Positions 33,819-46,910 of a stretch of 64,000 bases of DNA are shown in pieces. This stretch comes from Fimbriosthenelais zetlandica (taxonomy: Eukaryota): contig OZ365111.1 in NCBI GenBank assembly GCA_977030845.1, forward strand, positions 14,012,001 through 14,076,000. Direction: 5' to 3'. A model generated the notes under the pieces. The model saw only the letters and a program-made list of their open reading frames with translations, was not told the origin of the DNA and made no database searches. Positions within the stretch are counted from its first letter, which is position 1, and each line of letters starts with the position of its first letter. Position numbers and translations under genes: made by a program.

Positions 33819-34475
33819 TCATAATATGACACAGCGATTTCTTCGTAAAGCATCTTGGACCCTTACGGACGCTGGCTTGTGGCCAAAGTCTATATAATCA
33901 ATAGCTTTCATCAGTTCTTTGAAGAGAAGCACTATATGCCAGTTATACTTGGCAGAACACTCGACATAGCCACACTTCCACTGTTTCTTCACTATATTCG
34001 CGACTTCCCTCCGTGGCACTCCTCTGTCTTCACTCAAGTCATGTTTGTTTCCCACCACAAATAGAGGCACATCGTGCATGTTTTTACTTTCTACCATCTG
34101 CTCTCTGATCGTTTTGATGTACTGGAAGCTCTCCTCAGACGTTATGTCATAGACCAGAATGTAAGCTGTGGCATTCCTCAGACCGTAGCCTCGAAAGTCT
34201 GTCCACTCATAGAGCGAGTTGACTGGGAAGTATGGAATCACTGGACAGTCAATGATCTTCACCTCGTACATGTGGTCGTTGATGATAATGCTGGGGTAGT
34301 AACACTGGCGTTTCTCCGTGGCTATGTACTCGTCAGTGAACTGATTACAGACAAATTGTTGAATTATTGACGATTTACCTACCCCTGGACTGCCAAGGAC
34401 TGCGATCTTGACCTTTTGCATTTCCGGTTCAGCTGAGGACGCTGAGTTCGCCATTTTGGTATATGGAGTCGTCAT
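33819..34475 (-). CDS. RASL10: Ras-like protein family member 10 (RASL10A/B-like small GTPase), single coding exon
   Basis: G1 GSPGVGKS, atypical G3 DCP, G4 NKHD, G5 CSAK. RASL10-diagnostic stretches FPVNSLYEW, WKCGYVECSAKYNWHI.LLF.EL and ALRRNRC, and CaaX CVIL. The second ATG (34454, aaaATGG) has the better context. Confidence 0.95.
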   Translation of the reverse strand: MTTPYTKMANSASSAEPEMQKVKIAVLGSPGVGKSSIIQQFVCNQFTDEYIATEKRQCYYPSIIINDHMYEVKIIDCPVIPYFPVNSLYEWTDFRGYGLRNATAYILVYDITSEESFQYIKTIREQMVESKNMHDVPLFVVGNKHDLSEDRGVPRREVANIVKKQWKCGYVECSAKYNWHIVLLFKELMKAIDYIDFGHKPASVRVQDALRRNRCVIL

Positions 34476-36032
34476 GAGGGATCACTGTTACCTTTGACTG
34501 CGACCAGAGGGGGTTATGTGAGAGGAGTAAAGGGCTGAGTGAGACTTAGAGCCGGCTCTGCAGAGAATCCTCAAGGACCGGGCCCAGCTATGAGAGAACC
34601 GCAACAAGTGATCCTCACTGGATCATACAGTCGATCATGGTAGCATGGGAGAAAGTGCAGCGGGATGAGCTGAGGCCCTAGATTATACTCTGGCAGCAGT
34701 ATCGACAGGTCAATTTACTGCTTCATAATGAAATTCAACAGAATGAAATCCAAGAGTCCAGTGGCTTGCCGGGGGATGAATTGAGAACTTTAATTGAAAT
34801 CTCCTCAAAATGAATATATCCGTGATGGCCTTCGATTCACCTTGCTTTCTGTGAATGCTTTTGGGTGAGTTGAGTTGCAGTAAGTCTTTGTCAATGTGCT
34901 GTGTCAATGAGGGGACATGCCTAATCCAGTCCCTCAAATTTTACTGCTTACGTGTCAGCCTTGGTAACCAAACAGACCAAGCTGGCTGAATTAGTTCTTT
35001 TTAGGGAATGCCTGGCAACTCCAGTCTTGCTGTTCCGCCTCTTCTTCATGAATTAAGTAGCCACTCCGCTTCTGTCGCAGCCTTTTTTCTATCATCTGGT
35101 GTCCAGGAGGAAAAAATACTCCTGCTCTTGAGGTGCCTATTGAAGACTAATCAAATATGACGCAGCCTGGGTTCCTGCTCCTTAGGGCCGAAGCAATCAA
35201 GAAAATATGAAGGAAAATGTCGTTACATGCATGCCTCCTTCACCAGGGAACCATAGATAATTGACTCAATGGAACTGCTATGTGACTGTTATTTAAGCGC
35301 TTCCTTGGAATCAGGAGCACTAAATTATTTGTGGAACTTGCTACAGATAAATCAATTCCAATTCCTTTTGTCGGAGAGAGTTGATTTACTTCAAGGCCAG
35401 CATTGAAATGGCACACACCAAAAAAAGGAAATGTTACTACTCTCCCGGAAAATGATACTCATTTCTAATCCTATTGAGCAGGGTCAAGCACAGTGCAAGG
35501 CAGGGCAGAGATACTTTGCCCCAGTAGGTAAATGGCTGAGTGGTTTGCTCAGGGAAGTGTATGCATAGCTGCCTGGCTCAATAGAAAAAAGTTATAACCA
35601 TGTTAGTTTTGGTTCTGATCGGGTTGGCAAGGAAATGGCTTGCTGGATATTCAAGATACTGATTTAATCTACTGAAATGCCATCCGAGCCGAGGTTTTCT
35701 GCTCTGATAACTCAGAGATACATTCATTTACAGGCCTCCCAACACAATACACAACCATCAACTACCGATCTGAACGGTTTTTTTCTTTTGCAAGTGAGTC
35801 CCCAGGCACAAATATATATCCGAGAATCCAATTTAGCAATGACGCCTGCACGAACTGTGTCCCTGATATATCAGTCACCAGTGCCATGCTCCATGAAATC
35901 TGCTTCAGCTCCCATTTGATGCATTGGCATCTTGAATGGTGTAAATCACATCAATTACGATCCAATTTCCATATGGGTTTGCCACGTGGAAAAAAAGCAA
36001 CGACTCTTGAAAGGGGAATCCATGCAGGATGG

Positions 36033-36056
36033 GGTGGTGGTGGTGGTGGTGGTGGT
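36033..36056. repeat. (GGT)n microsatellite
   Basis: Eight tandem GGT units. Confidence 0.9.
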
Positions 36057-37539
36057 TGTGGGGGACCTCTGCTGGTCAGGTACCCTGCTGAGCCGTGGGA
36101 CCACTGAGTCTGTCCTCGTCAATTTATCAATGCCCTCCTGATAGGCTGAACGCCTGTAATCCCACCAGGAGGCGTACTGGTCGGGTCAAGGTGTCAGAGA
36201 GAACTAGCCTCTTCCATCACCTGCCGGAAGAGGGTAGCCGGGGCATGCGCAATGCAGCCTGCTCGGCCTGGTAATGCTGCCACCTCGTGGGCATTTGAGT
36301 TGCTCCTCTGTGAGCAGCAAACTTCACATCTCGCCCCCTGATCAATGACCTGTTAGATAGACCAGACACTGTTGCTCTTTGCTGTTGCTAGGAACTATGT
36401 CGTTGTTCGCAGCTACAGGAAAAACAGTCACTCAAAAGCTGTATAGATGGAAATCCCTCGCTGGTTCACACAGTTTGAAGCTATTTAGAACTCATAGAGT
36501 TCACATAGAGAGAGTCTCCAGTGCAGCTATTAGGCAGAATGAAACCTTCAGAGAGTGTTATGCCTCAATAAATAACTTCTATATTGCTCAGGTTTCTATG
36601 GTGATACTCTCATTCCCATGCCTCGGACATGCTCCTACTTTGCTTGCTTATCACTATGCAGGCATATTTATGATCTGGTAAGGCTTTAAATTAGTGTTTG
36701 TCCAGGTCAGGTTTATGGCGATATAATTAGCCGTGATGGTAGCTTACAGCTTTTCATTTGCCTGACACAGTATACGGCTTTATACTGGCTCATCCGAACG
36801 GTCTTCTTTCACTTCAGATGGCTCGATCATTCAGGCTGATCTATGACCATGGGGCTCACACGCTTGCCAGCTTTTCAATCTGAAATGAAGGAAGGGAGTT
36901 TTTATTACAACTGCCAATGGGTGAAGGAAATGAAGGCAATGATAAATTATAGTCATACTACAATTACCAAACTCATAATGATGACGAGGTAGGTCCATAG
37001 TACATGTACAATGAATAGGGCCTATGCCTTGTAAGACATGGTAATATAAATTGAATTTCTGTTTCTATATTTCATTCGGAATTGGCTGAAAAAAGTATTG
37101 CTTGAAAGAAAATTATTCCGTCTTGCACAGATTATGTGAATTCAAGCAAACACCATCAATTCTCTCCATGTATACATGTAATTATGATGAAATTACAGAT
37201 ACTAAAAAGTCTTATTACTAATAGTCTGCATGTACCAGCCCCAAGACAAGAAAGTTCATCAAAAACCTTAATGGCACTAAAATTGCTCTTCCAGCTGTAA
37301 ACATTGCAAATTACCGAAAAGGCTGAAATTTAATGAAAGTTAAAAACGAAACAATTTTTAATCTAATGCCAGACACGTCGAAACCAGGAATCATCATCAT
37401 TATTCAAACTTTTAAATTGTCATGGTGGGCCGAGGTCTTGAAGGCTTGAGTAAGAAATCATTATATTGACATGGTCCAACGTGATGGCCTTGTGTGAAGC
37501 CAGCGAGAACAACTTCTCATTTCTCGTGAAGTCTCCCGC

Positions 37540-37740
37540 GATCACTTTCAAAAGACCGCCACTCCCCCTGTTGACACTTATAGGCAAACGGAGCGAAAAG
37601 ATAGCGCCTCCAACGGCTGACTGCTCGTTCGGAACCGAGTATAAATGCGCGAGCAGGGGCAGTGATGCATTGTACACGCTTTGAATAGAGACCCGGAAGT
37701 CAGGGAGGAAGACACCGGCCTTCCTTATAGGCAGCTTTTA
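37540..37740. promoter_or_regulatory. CpG-rich promoter-like segment, possibly the RASL10-like promoter
   Basis: Local CpG excess, ETS core CCGGAAGT near 37693, and TATA-like motifs on both strands (tataaat near 37640 plus; ctataag near 37583 minus). It lies 3.1 kb upstream of the RASL10 ATG. Confidence 0.45.
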
Positions 37741-38919
37741 TCTCAATAACGCCACGTTTTGAACGGTCCTTGCCCCCAAACATAAATTACAACCTTTTTG
37801 GAAAGATGGTACTGCAAAGGGGCCGAAGAATAGGCGCAGGGCATGAGTGGCTGCTCATGGGGCAGACAATATATGGGGGATATAGGGGTGTAATTCATAC
37901 TCAGATGCTTGGCTTTGAGCTTGACTGCGAGACCTGCATACAATAAAAGAGCCATCTGCTTGTTCTCCCCAGATATACAGCAAAGTAAGTTTCCCTTCTC
38001 AAAGAAAAAGCAAAGCAATCTATCATGGTTTATGCTTGAAGAGAACATTGAATTATTGCTGCCAGACTGATATTTCTATATGTATTGTGCTTTAGCCACG
38101 CATTCGGTTTTAGCCCAAGGAAAAGAATAGAACTTTTCTTTCCACTATTGTCAGTCCTCCACCATGGCATTATGCGAAAGAAACAAAGGTGACCCCTCTC
38201 GAGAATTGTCCTTCAGCCGATGTGATGGACACAAGGCATAGATGGATAAGTAGCTTCTATTAAGTATCTAACAAAGATGCATTGCAGCCTTTAATAAAGG
38301 TCAAGCGTGGCCATGAATGCATTCAGAACTCATCTAACACTCGAAAGAGGTGGCTAGAAAAGCGTGGGAGGAGATGGGACAATATAAATGGCAGAGATCA
38401 TTGACAAGATGCTGTCATTGTAGGTAGTAACAATAGGAAGTACTCTAGTTGAAGCTAGTCGGATGATTAGCAGGCATTGTGAACCAAGTAAGCTACCAAC
38501 TGAGTGGTTCAAATGGTGCCTGATTCAGTTATGAAAACGATCTATTCCAGACATGGGACTGGCGTTATTATGGTCGTTTGATTCAAAGAAAATATCGATG
38601 GGATGCATGAATGCCTAACCAATTTGTTCAATAATCCGCATGTCATCCTCAACAGAGCAATCGCAATCCAAGGATAATTGATGCTGTGATTAAGGTATAC
38701 AGGAATTATTTCCCTTGGTGGTCATTTTCCATCTATGGAATCAATAGCGTGTGCTGCCTGTTCCGATAAACTATTGTCCCAGCAATGTTCCTGGGACAAA
38801 GCGGTTCAATGGTATAGGGATGCATTCTTTCTAAACGTTTCCAGAACTATTGTCTATCATCCCTTGTATTCATTAAAAATAAAAAGAATAAATGGCCATT
38901 TTCAGCTCTTTCTTACAAC

Positions 38920-39235
38920 CCAGGACAGAAAAGGACAGGATTTGAGTTGAGAAGACAGGTACCAGTAAGGAAAAGGCAGAATTTAAGTGTCGAGAAAGCA
39001 GAAATTCTAGGACAGAAAGGGACAGAATTTGGATCTAGAAGGCAGATCTGGGAGAAGAATGAGCAGGATTCGAGTCGAGGAGACAGACCTGTAGGGGACA
39101 GCAAAGTGCAGGACTTGGGTAGAGGAGGCAGATCCAGGAGAGATTTATGACAAACAGGAATACAGATCCTGGGCAGAAAAGGACATGTTGAGGGACTAAG
39201 TTGAGTTGAGGTGGCAGTTCCAGGACAGTATTTGA
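38920..39235. repeat. Degenerate approximately 42-bp purine-rich minisatellite
   Basis: Recurring aggacagaaa(a/g)ggacag(g/a)att...gag(a/g)(a/g)g(a/g)caga at about 38921, 39008, 39091 and 39170, with intermediate half-step copies. Confidence 0.6.
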
Positions 39236-42200
39236 GTCTCAGGAAATTGGCTTCCATGGCCAGTAAGTTGGCCAAAACTCGCATCTGCCTGGGCATTACT
39301 TATTTTCTATTCAATATCCTCTTTACTACTATCAGGCGTGCCTTTAAGGCAACTGGATCTGCCTAAGTTGTATACGAGAAAGAATATGACCTTCTTTGCT
39401 GTCAACTAGATTAATTTGGCGTCCTGTTACTGTAATTTGCATTGGGACCAAATTAGCAGCAGAGAAAAGGCTCACTGCCTCATGCAATCAGTAACCTGAG
39501 CATTCACTAGGCTATCAGAGACTGTTGCGCACACCTGATAATTATGTTGTTTGGACGACGTGGGAGTTAGGCCCCGTTGGTGAGGCTAATTCCTGGAATT
39601 CCTCCTTCGAACTTGTAGGGCTTTTCCACCCCCAGTTTTCTCGAGCCTCTATGGAATCTTCAAGTTTTCATTCAGCATCGGAGCAACCACTAAGGTTGTA
39701 TTGCGAGAAGGATGGAAACACTGTTGGCTCACTGGTTGCTTTACTCTTTTGGGATAGCGGCAATTGTTCTTTTCCATGCCTCTAACCAGTCAGTGGAAGA
39801 CATGGCTGACTTCTGATAAACCAGTTAACTGCAATTGGGGGAGAAGGGTGATAGACAGTTTGGAGAAACTTGGAGAATTGGAGCTGGAACATCCCACAAT
39901 CAATTTTTTAAAACACACGGCCCCAACAACCAAGGTCATGGACCAGCCCGTGAGCCACAAGGCCCCACCCCATAATCTGCATCTGACCCTCGAACCCGAT
40001 TTCGTTTCCATAGGAATGGCATCCAAGCTTTGGTCCCCTCAGGCAGTATGACCCAAATCTCCTATTAAATGTCCTTAATGGGATAACACCACAACCCTGA
40101 ACCTACCCTGAAGCTGAGACGACTAATGCAAGCTTATCTCCCAGATTCAGTTCAGCCTGGTTTCCGTCTTGAAAGTTTCGCTTTTCAAAACAGCTCTCAG
40201 TTGAGAGATCTGTCTAAAATTGTAGTCCTGAGGAACTTTACCACCTTGGATTTCTGTCGTGGTAGCTGCAGAAAGTACATAATTACTACAATAATATGTA
40301 TATATTGTACCTAAGTATTATGTTATGGCATTGCTTGCACGGAGGTAGACAAGCCTATACTAAGACCTGAGAGCCTGAAGACATGAAGTCTATTTTCCAT
40401 ATCCTTCCCACTCATCTATCTCTATGTGCATGTATTTCATCATCAACTTGTCCTAACAATGTCATTGTCCTTACGATATCATTCTGCCCGGGAACAGGAG
40501 GAATCTAATAACCAAAGTAGAAGCCTGCTGGCTTATCTGGGATAAAAAATGAGCCTAAACATTATGAAAGCCAGCAAATGCTATAGCGATGATAGATACA
40601 TGGGAGGATGACTCGGGATAATGACTTTCTGTCTTCCAGCCATCCAGGAGCCTTATATCAAGAGTGGGCTTTGTGGATGATTCATCTCCTCTAATGATAT
40701 TCTTCCAAACGTTTGATATAACGAAGCAGCGAATGTCAATGTTTCATCAGACTACCTCGTATATATACATACTCTCATCTAATGCAAAAGCCTAAAGAGA
40801 TTAGATAGTGATAAAACGACAGTTCTAAGTCTTTATGGCCTGAATGGCTTGGGCCTAATGTGGTCGTCTAGAGCTAATTTCTCGGGCACCAGCTCGAAGC
40901 TTCTTTCATCTAGATCCATCCTTACTGAGACTGGGGTTTTGGACGAGTGGGCCCAAGGAGCTAAGTGATTCGAAGATAAGAAAGGAGAGTGGGTGGAAAA
41001 CATAATGGAAATGATGGAAAAGCAGTGATATATACACAAGACCCAACTTCTTGTTGATGAACTTGAACGTAAAAGTGCCTCGCTCGCACTTTTAATATAA
41101 AATGTTATTTTGAATATACAATTTTGACTTGTCAGTTCATTAACCCAGGAGAATGAGGTAAACCTTAAAAGGGAGGGAAATTAATTTCATAAGCCAATGA
41201 GCTCAGAGATTCCATCTAGGAATAATTTTGAATCAAGCACTTCAAGTGGGGAGATGAATCCCCTGCCGATCATTGGATTTCCCTTCTGGCTTCTCCGCGG
41301 GCAAATTTTAATCAAGATTTCGATAAAATCCCAGCATAATTACACGGACCTGTGACCACGGGAAATAAACAGTGCCATAAGTCTTGGATTGCAATAAAGA
41401 GGACCTAGAGGATTTATTATATCCTGTTTTCAAAGTCCATGGAAGGCAGGGACCTGGAACCTGTTTCAAAACGCATATTAGCATCTCTAATTTTCCTTTT
41501 GAAACGGGGCCCTGATGTGGCACTTAATTGCCTATATTTACGTCCGCTTTTGTCTATAGGCTAATTGGAATCTTTATTAAGCCCGAGAAATCTTTAATAC
41601 AATAAAAGGAAAAGTAATTAGCTTAAGAAGAATATGTGTTCCTCATGGACATTTCTATGCCCTACATATAGAGGCCCCCTATATGAGAACGCACCATCGG
41701 GGCATGTATGTGACTCCTTTATACACGTACTCTTTTCTACTTCCATTTGTGAAAGACTTGGAAGTACTCACCGCCCACACCCCGGAATAATAAGCCTAAT
41801 TAAAGGGAGACATTTGCTCCAAACCATGTCAATAACCTACTGAGCAAGTCCTGCAAGTAGGCACGGCAAACACTCGGTCTGGTATGCTCGTTTTGCGCCA
41901 TTCTGAATTTCATTACCACATGTGTACAGACAGCGCGGTGGGCAAATCATACAGTGCGGTGCAATAGGCTGGACAGTGGCTGCGCTGGGCAAAGTATTAG
42001 ATGTCTGCCTTCCCACAGAATGTGAATGTCGAGCTAGAGGATCCATTTGAGGGAAATTTTCCACCCAGTGAGGGGCTGGGTGCTTGCCTAAGAGCTCTGG
42101 TGCCCTTGGCTGGTCGTGACTCGTCTATAGAGGTCTGTTTGAGTAGATGGCAACGGAAATTACTGCGCAGGCAAGAAGTGTGTCTACATGGTGCCTCCTG

Positions 42201-45200
42201 ACTTGACAATGCTAAGCCATGCCGTTTGAATGCCTGCCTCTGGGATGGCAGTTAAGGTCTTAAAAGTTTTAATATGTCAGGTTTAATTGCTTAAAGCTGA
42301 TGGAAAGGGGTCTGCCGTACGGTTGACATGAGACAACCCGTGGAGCTCGAACTAAATTGACAGTTTTTACTTTGGCCAACTTTAATTGAAACAGCCTTTA
42401 ATTATTATATTTATATCATATTTATATGTCATTTTGCCACCCACATCCAGTGCTCCTCTCACCCAGAGGATATATGGACCTTTCTTAGCTCTTCCTCTTG
42501 AGAACTAAATTCCTACATCATCCATGGACTCCGAGATCAAATTGTCCCTGGACAACTTTTGCCATTGCAAGTGTTATACATAGCCTATATAGATTCACGC
42601 GGTCTATATATGACTTGCTTTTAGGAGGGCATCATCCTAAATAGGGCCTATCAGGAAAATCCTTTTAGCCTTAATAAGGCGAAATTATCCTCTGCTTGAT
42701 GCTCGGTTTGGAGAGTGGATTGAATCATATTAGAGGAGATAAAGCTGAGCTAATTTTCAGTCTATATACAATATAGTCCTATCCAGACTTGATTTAGGGA
42801 AACGAAATGACACTACATCAATGCTTATCACGAAGTATATGTCTGTACTTTAATGGCAATGCATTGATTTAGAGTTCTGGTCCATTCCTTGAAAGGAGTA
42901 AGGTGCAACCTGGCTTATCTCACGACTGTCTGGGACTGACTTCCATTGGCAATGTCCTCCACTCCAATGCATTACCTCCTTTAAGAGCAGAGCAACCGTG
43001 CATACATATGACTTATACCTACATCGATAGAAGAAAAAAAAACTTCTCTGTGATGCAGAGGGCAGAAGGCAAGTCACCTTTGATTTTCGATAATGCAGAG
43101 GATGATTAATAAATGATGAAGTTACAAATTGATATGAAAAAATAGGATGCGAGGAGACAATAGGACCAGTTTGAAGGTCGGACGGGATTAGAGTTACATC
43201 ACTTCACTGGATTAGCATTGGCATTTCAGTAATACCATACCAGTGTCATTGACAAACCCTATAGCCTCAAGGTATTCAGGAGAAATGCTCCCTGACCAAG
43301 GGAAATGGGCTATCTAAACGAGGGAGCAGTGGGGCATAGATAATCTGGAATTAAAGGAGGTTTTATGGCCAATAACGAGATCAGGCAGGCGTGGGAGTGC
43401 GGGACAGGGCGGAGAAAAGGAGCATTGGGAGAGTGGGATGAGGATGAAAAGGAAGAAACGGCGATAGGCCTGCACGCATAACCGATCATACGGAACCCAT
43501 GAAAAGGATGTGTCCTAAATGGATTGGCTATTTTCGGTTGGTTCTCAATTTTGGAATGTCACAGGTCTCTTTCTTGATGTTACTACTGTACCTCCAACAG
43601 GATTTTCGTGCTTTTGTTTTTGCACCCCCCCCCCCCCAAAGTTACCGTAAATAGTACAATTTATTCAATGATTTTCAGGCTTTGGACAATTGTTTTCAGA
43701 ATGTTCATTTGAAAAGAGTCTCCGTTAATATAGGCCTAGTGAAGCCATGGGCATACATGTACTGGTGATGCCTTAAATATCCATTCAGTATAATTGCATG
43801 TAATATAGTGTTGTCATGACAATGCAAAAATATCTCTTCAGAAAGAGAACATACAAAATCCGGACAGAGGAAATGAATGTTTCCCTCAAAATTAGTTATG
43901 TATCAATTATGATGAAGGGTGAGAAGAGATTCTCAATGAAATCAGACAGCATCTAATGAAGTCCTGGATGGGAACGGGTGGCAAGTTGAAGTGAATCCAG
44001 CTCACCAGGGGCATGCCACAGCCTCATTTCATTATGAGATGAACCGGCGGGCAAGAAATCCAATCACTTCAAATAAACAAGGCAGTCAACAATTCTGATC
44101 CCCGGGGAACCCAGAGAGGAACAGAGAGGCAGGCCTGTTGGTCTATTGGATGGGCTAGCTTACTTAAAACGAGAACTGCTGTAAAATTACCTCTTGTGTT
44201 GCTTAGGCCTATTTGTTACAAGATTAGGACTAAATACAACACTTAGTCAAGTTTACTCCCATTAAGCAGTTATTCAAAACATTTATTTTTGTTGCCCTGA
44301 ATACATTTTGTTTGTGACAGACGAATTGAATTAAAGAGGTCAATTTTAACTTAAATGGCTGCAAAAGGTATTTTTATGTCTTCCAGAACTGAACTCAAAA
44401 TATTTGAAGAAAATCATTCAGGGCAAGATTACCAATGAACATGGGTTATATCTTATAGAACAGATGCCACTTTTCCCATTGTTTGAGGACTGCATTGGTT
44501 TAATTACCATTGGGAAGCAAATAGTCGCCGTGATTGTAAAATTTAATGAAGGGCCTGGCCTTGAGGTGGCTGGAACTTTGTGATATAATAGAGTACTTTA
44601 GCAGCTACTTCCTGCCACTCCAGGGCACGTTTAAGTTAGCCAGGAGGCCTTCCTCATTTAGCATGGTGCATGTCCTGAATGGATCAAGTGTGGTGGAGCT
44701 AACTTCTGTATGCTTCACACGCAGGCTTGCCGACCTACAGCCATTCTGGCAGGTGTCAAGCCAACTCTGGTTTCTAACATGGCCACTCTGCCTCTCTCCT
44801 CTTCACTCCCATGGGTAGCTTCTCAGTCAACTTTTTCCCTTTTCAGACCCTTAATTATTCAGCTTTCCTCCAGTCTAACTTAATGCTTCGAATGACTTAA
44901 AGAGTCTGCATGAGTTTGCCAAGGATTGATTTCTGTTGTCTTCCAATGGATTTTTTCGGTGGTTAAAATTGGCTTGCAATTTGAGGCATCGGATGTTGAC
45001 TCTTTGTCAGCAATTCCCTTTCATGTTACCCCAAGCACCTCATTTTGACTCTACATTTGTAATGAGAGAATGTTGGGGTAAAAGTACAGTACCCAGCAAC
45101 CTGCATCAAGCAGTAATATTACCTAAGCTTTAATATTAAAGTCTGTATATATTTTCTTCACGTACACATATGAAAAGTTGGACATGTCCGCGTCCTTGGT

Positions 45201-46519
45201 CATCGGTGACTACTGGGGACTCCCTGGTTTCTTAAAGCATATTGTCTGACCAGGACCACACTTGGTGCACACTATGTGGCAGTGTCAGCAACCTTGGACA
45301 GGAAATGGGTGGAGACAGAGATATTCCTATTGGTGGCAGAAGGAGGTTAACGGCCAATTAGACGGTGTCAAGGCTTCACAGTTAACCGGCCTGCCACGAC
45401 AGGCCACATTATAGGTTCCCCATGCCGGATATGATTGCGGCTTAGAATACCTGACAGCACATGGACATCAATATAACTAGACTGGTCAATATACTGTATA
45501 ATAGCTAATTATAAGGCTCTTATTGATATACAAGGATCACTCGTATATTCTCCCCAGCTCCAATTATTAACTCAGATCTGAAGTACCAAGACATCATCTT
45601 GCACTCGAACGACCAAAAGATCTGACTCTTCTGGTGGAAAGGAACCACCCCTATAGACATACCATCTGCTCATCAATTACTCCCGAGGGACGTCTTGCTA
45701 TAGGGACTCTCGGTAGAGCACCAGCACAATGATATAGGTAGGCCAGTGCCTAATGTGGTTTTAAGGCACTGCAAGAGGATGGCCCTGGATGGCAAGGAAA
45801 AAGGGGAGCATGCTTACAGCGCCCTTGACAATCATTTTCCCAAGGATGAGTGATTTCCTAGGTTCTCTGACTGATGGCTGGCCTAACTCTGTTCCACCTT
45901 GGCAAAAACCAAAGAAAGTGATAAAAATATAATAGAGCTTTGCTGTATGGCAGGTGGCATGCCTGAAAGGAAGTAATGATTGATGATTCGAGGGAACTGT
46001 CAAGGGGGTGATATTGAAGGGGCCTTCCTTGGAAATAATGCGGTTGTCTGTGGAAAGAACTTGACAATGGCCACTGGATATTGTCCGGACTTTTTGTCTC
46101 AAGAAGGATTAGGCAGGTCCAGGATTTGAAAAGCCCCCCCCCCCCTGATTTGGAATGAAATCTATGCAAATAAGCTGTTCCTGACAGGCTGAGCAATAAA
46201 TAAATTAATAAGGTAATAAGATAAAAGAACAAGGTCCAACCTAACCTATTCTCTAAGTACACTCTCATTTGAAGTGGGGGATTTTATATCGAGTAAGGCT
46301 CCGGCTGTTCAATCTAGACCTGTAGGCTTAAATAAACTAGCTTTGCCAGTCACCAGGGTCTAGATAAGAGAAGTCGTGATCAGGGTTCACTAATCACTTC
46401 TGCTGGCCTCTCACCACCATCTCATGATTTACTGTGGACTCGCCACTTACTACGGGATGAATACTGTCACTGTGGCTCGGCAACACCTCAGGTCATTCAC
46501 AGCTTGACACTTTTAAATG

Positions 46520-46910
46520 GATCCAAATGCTAGGCCAAGGAACACTCTCACTGGCGTGATAAAATCTCCTACTAATAAGGTGTCCTCATTCAGATGATCT
46601 CGTCCATGGATCGCGTCTGGGTCGCCCCCTTCCTTAGGCGCGAATATATATATGCTGGGATGCGGTCCAGTGCTTCGATTATGATAAGATTTGAAACGGT
46701 TGGATAACATTTCATTATATTGTCAGTATTCCTTCTAAATTGTGAGAGTGAGTGTGTGAGTAGTTGCTCAAGTTCAATCAGCAGTTTTTCAGTGATCTCA
46801 GGGCAATTTGCTATATGCGCTGGACATGGGCATGGGCATGGGAGACCTTTGTCGAGCCAGTTAGCAGCACCGGTGTTCCATTGAAATATGTTGTAAGTAT
46901 GACCTGTAGG
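46520..46910 (-). mobile_element. Degenerate LINE apurinic-endonuclease (APE) fragment
   Basis: IFQWN (46889-46875) followed about 110 codons later, after a frameshift, by LLVGDF (46575-46561). These match the first and the GDFN motifs of non-LTR APE domains. Confidence 0.45.

Noticed and set aside
33855-34370. Plus-strand ORFs 33855-34064 and 34074-34370
   Set aside because: Antisense shadows of the RASL10-like CDS.
39525-40051. GC-rich stretch with ORFs on both strands, considered as a DIRS remnant
   Set aside because: No RT, RNase H or tyrosine recombinase motif found.
44497-44508. GGTTTAATTACC, identical to the first 12 nt of nematode SL1
   Set aside because: The match stops at 12 nt, with no splice donor or Sm site following. 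Expected by chance.
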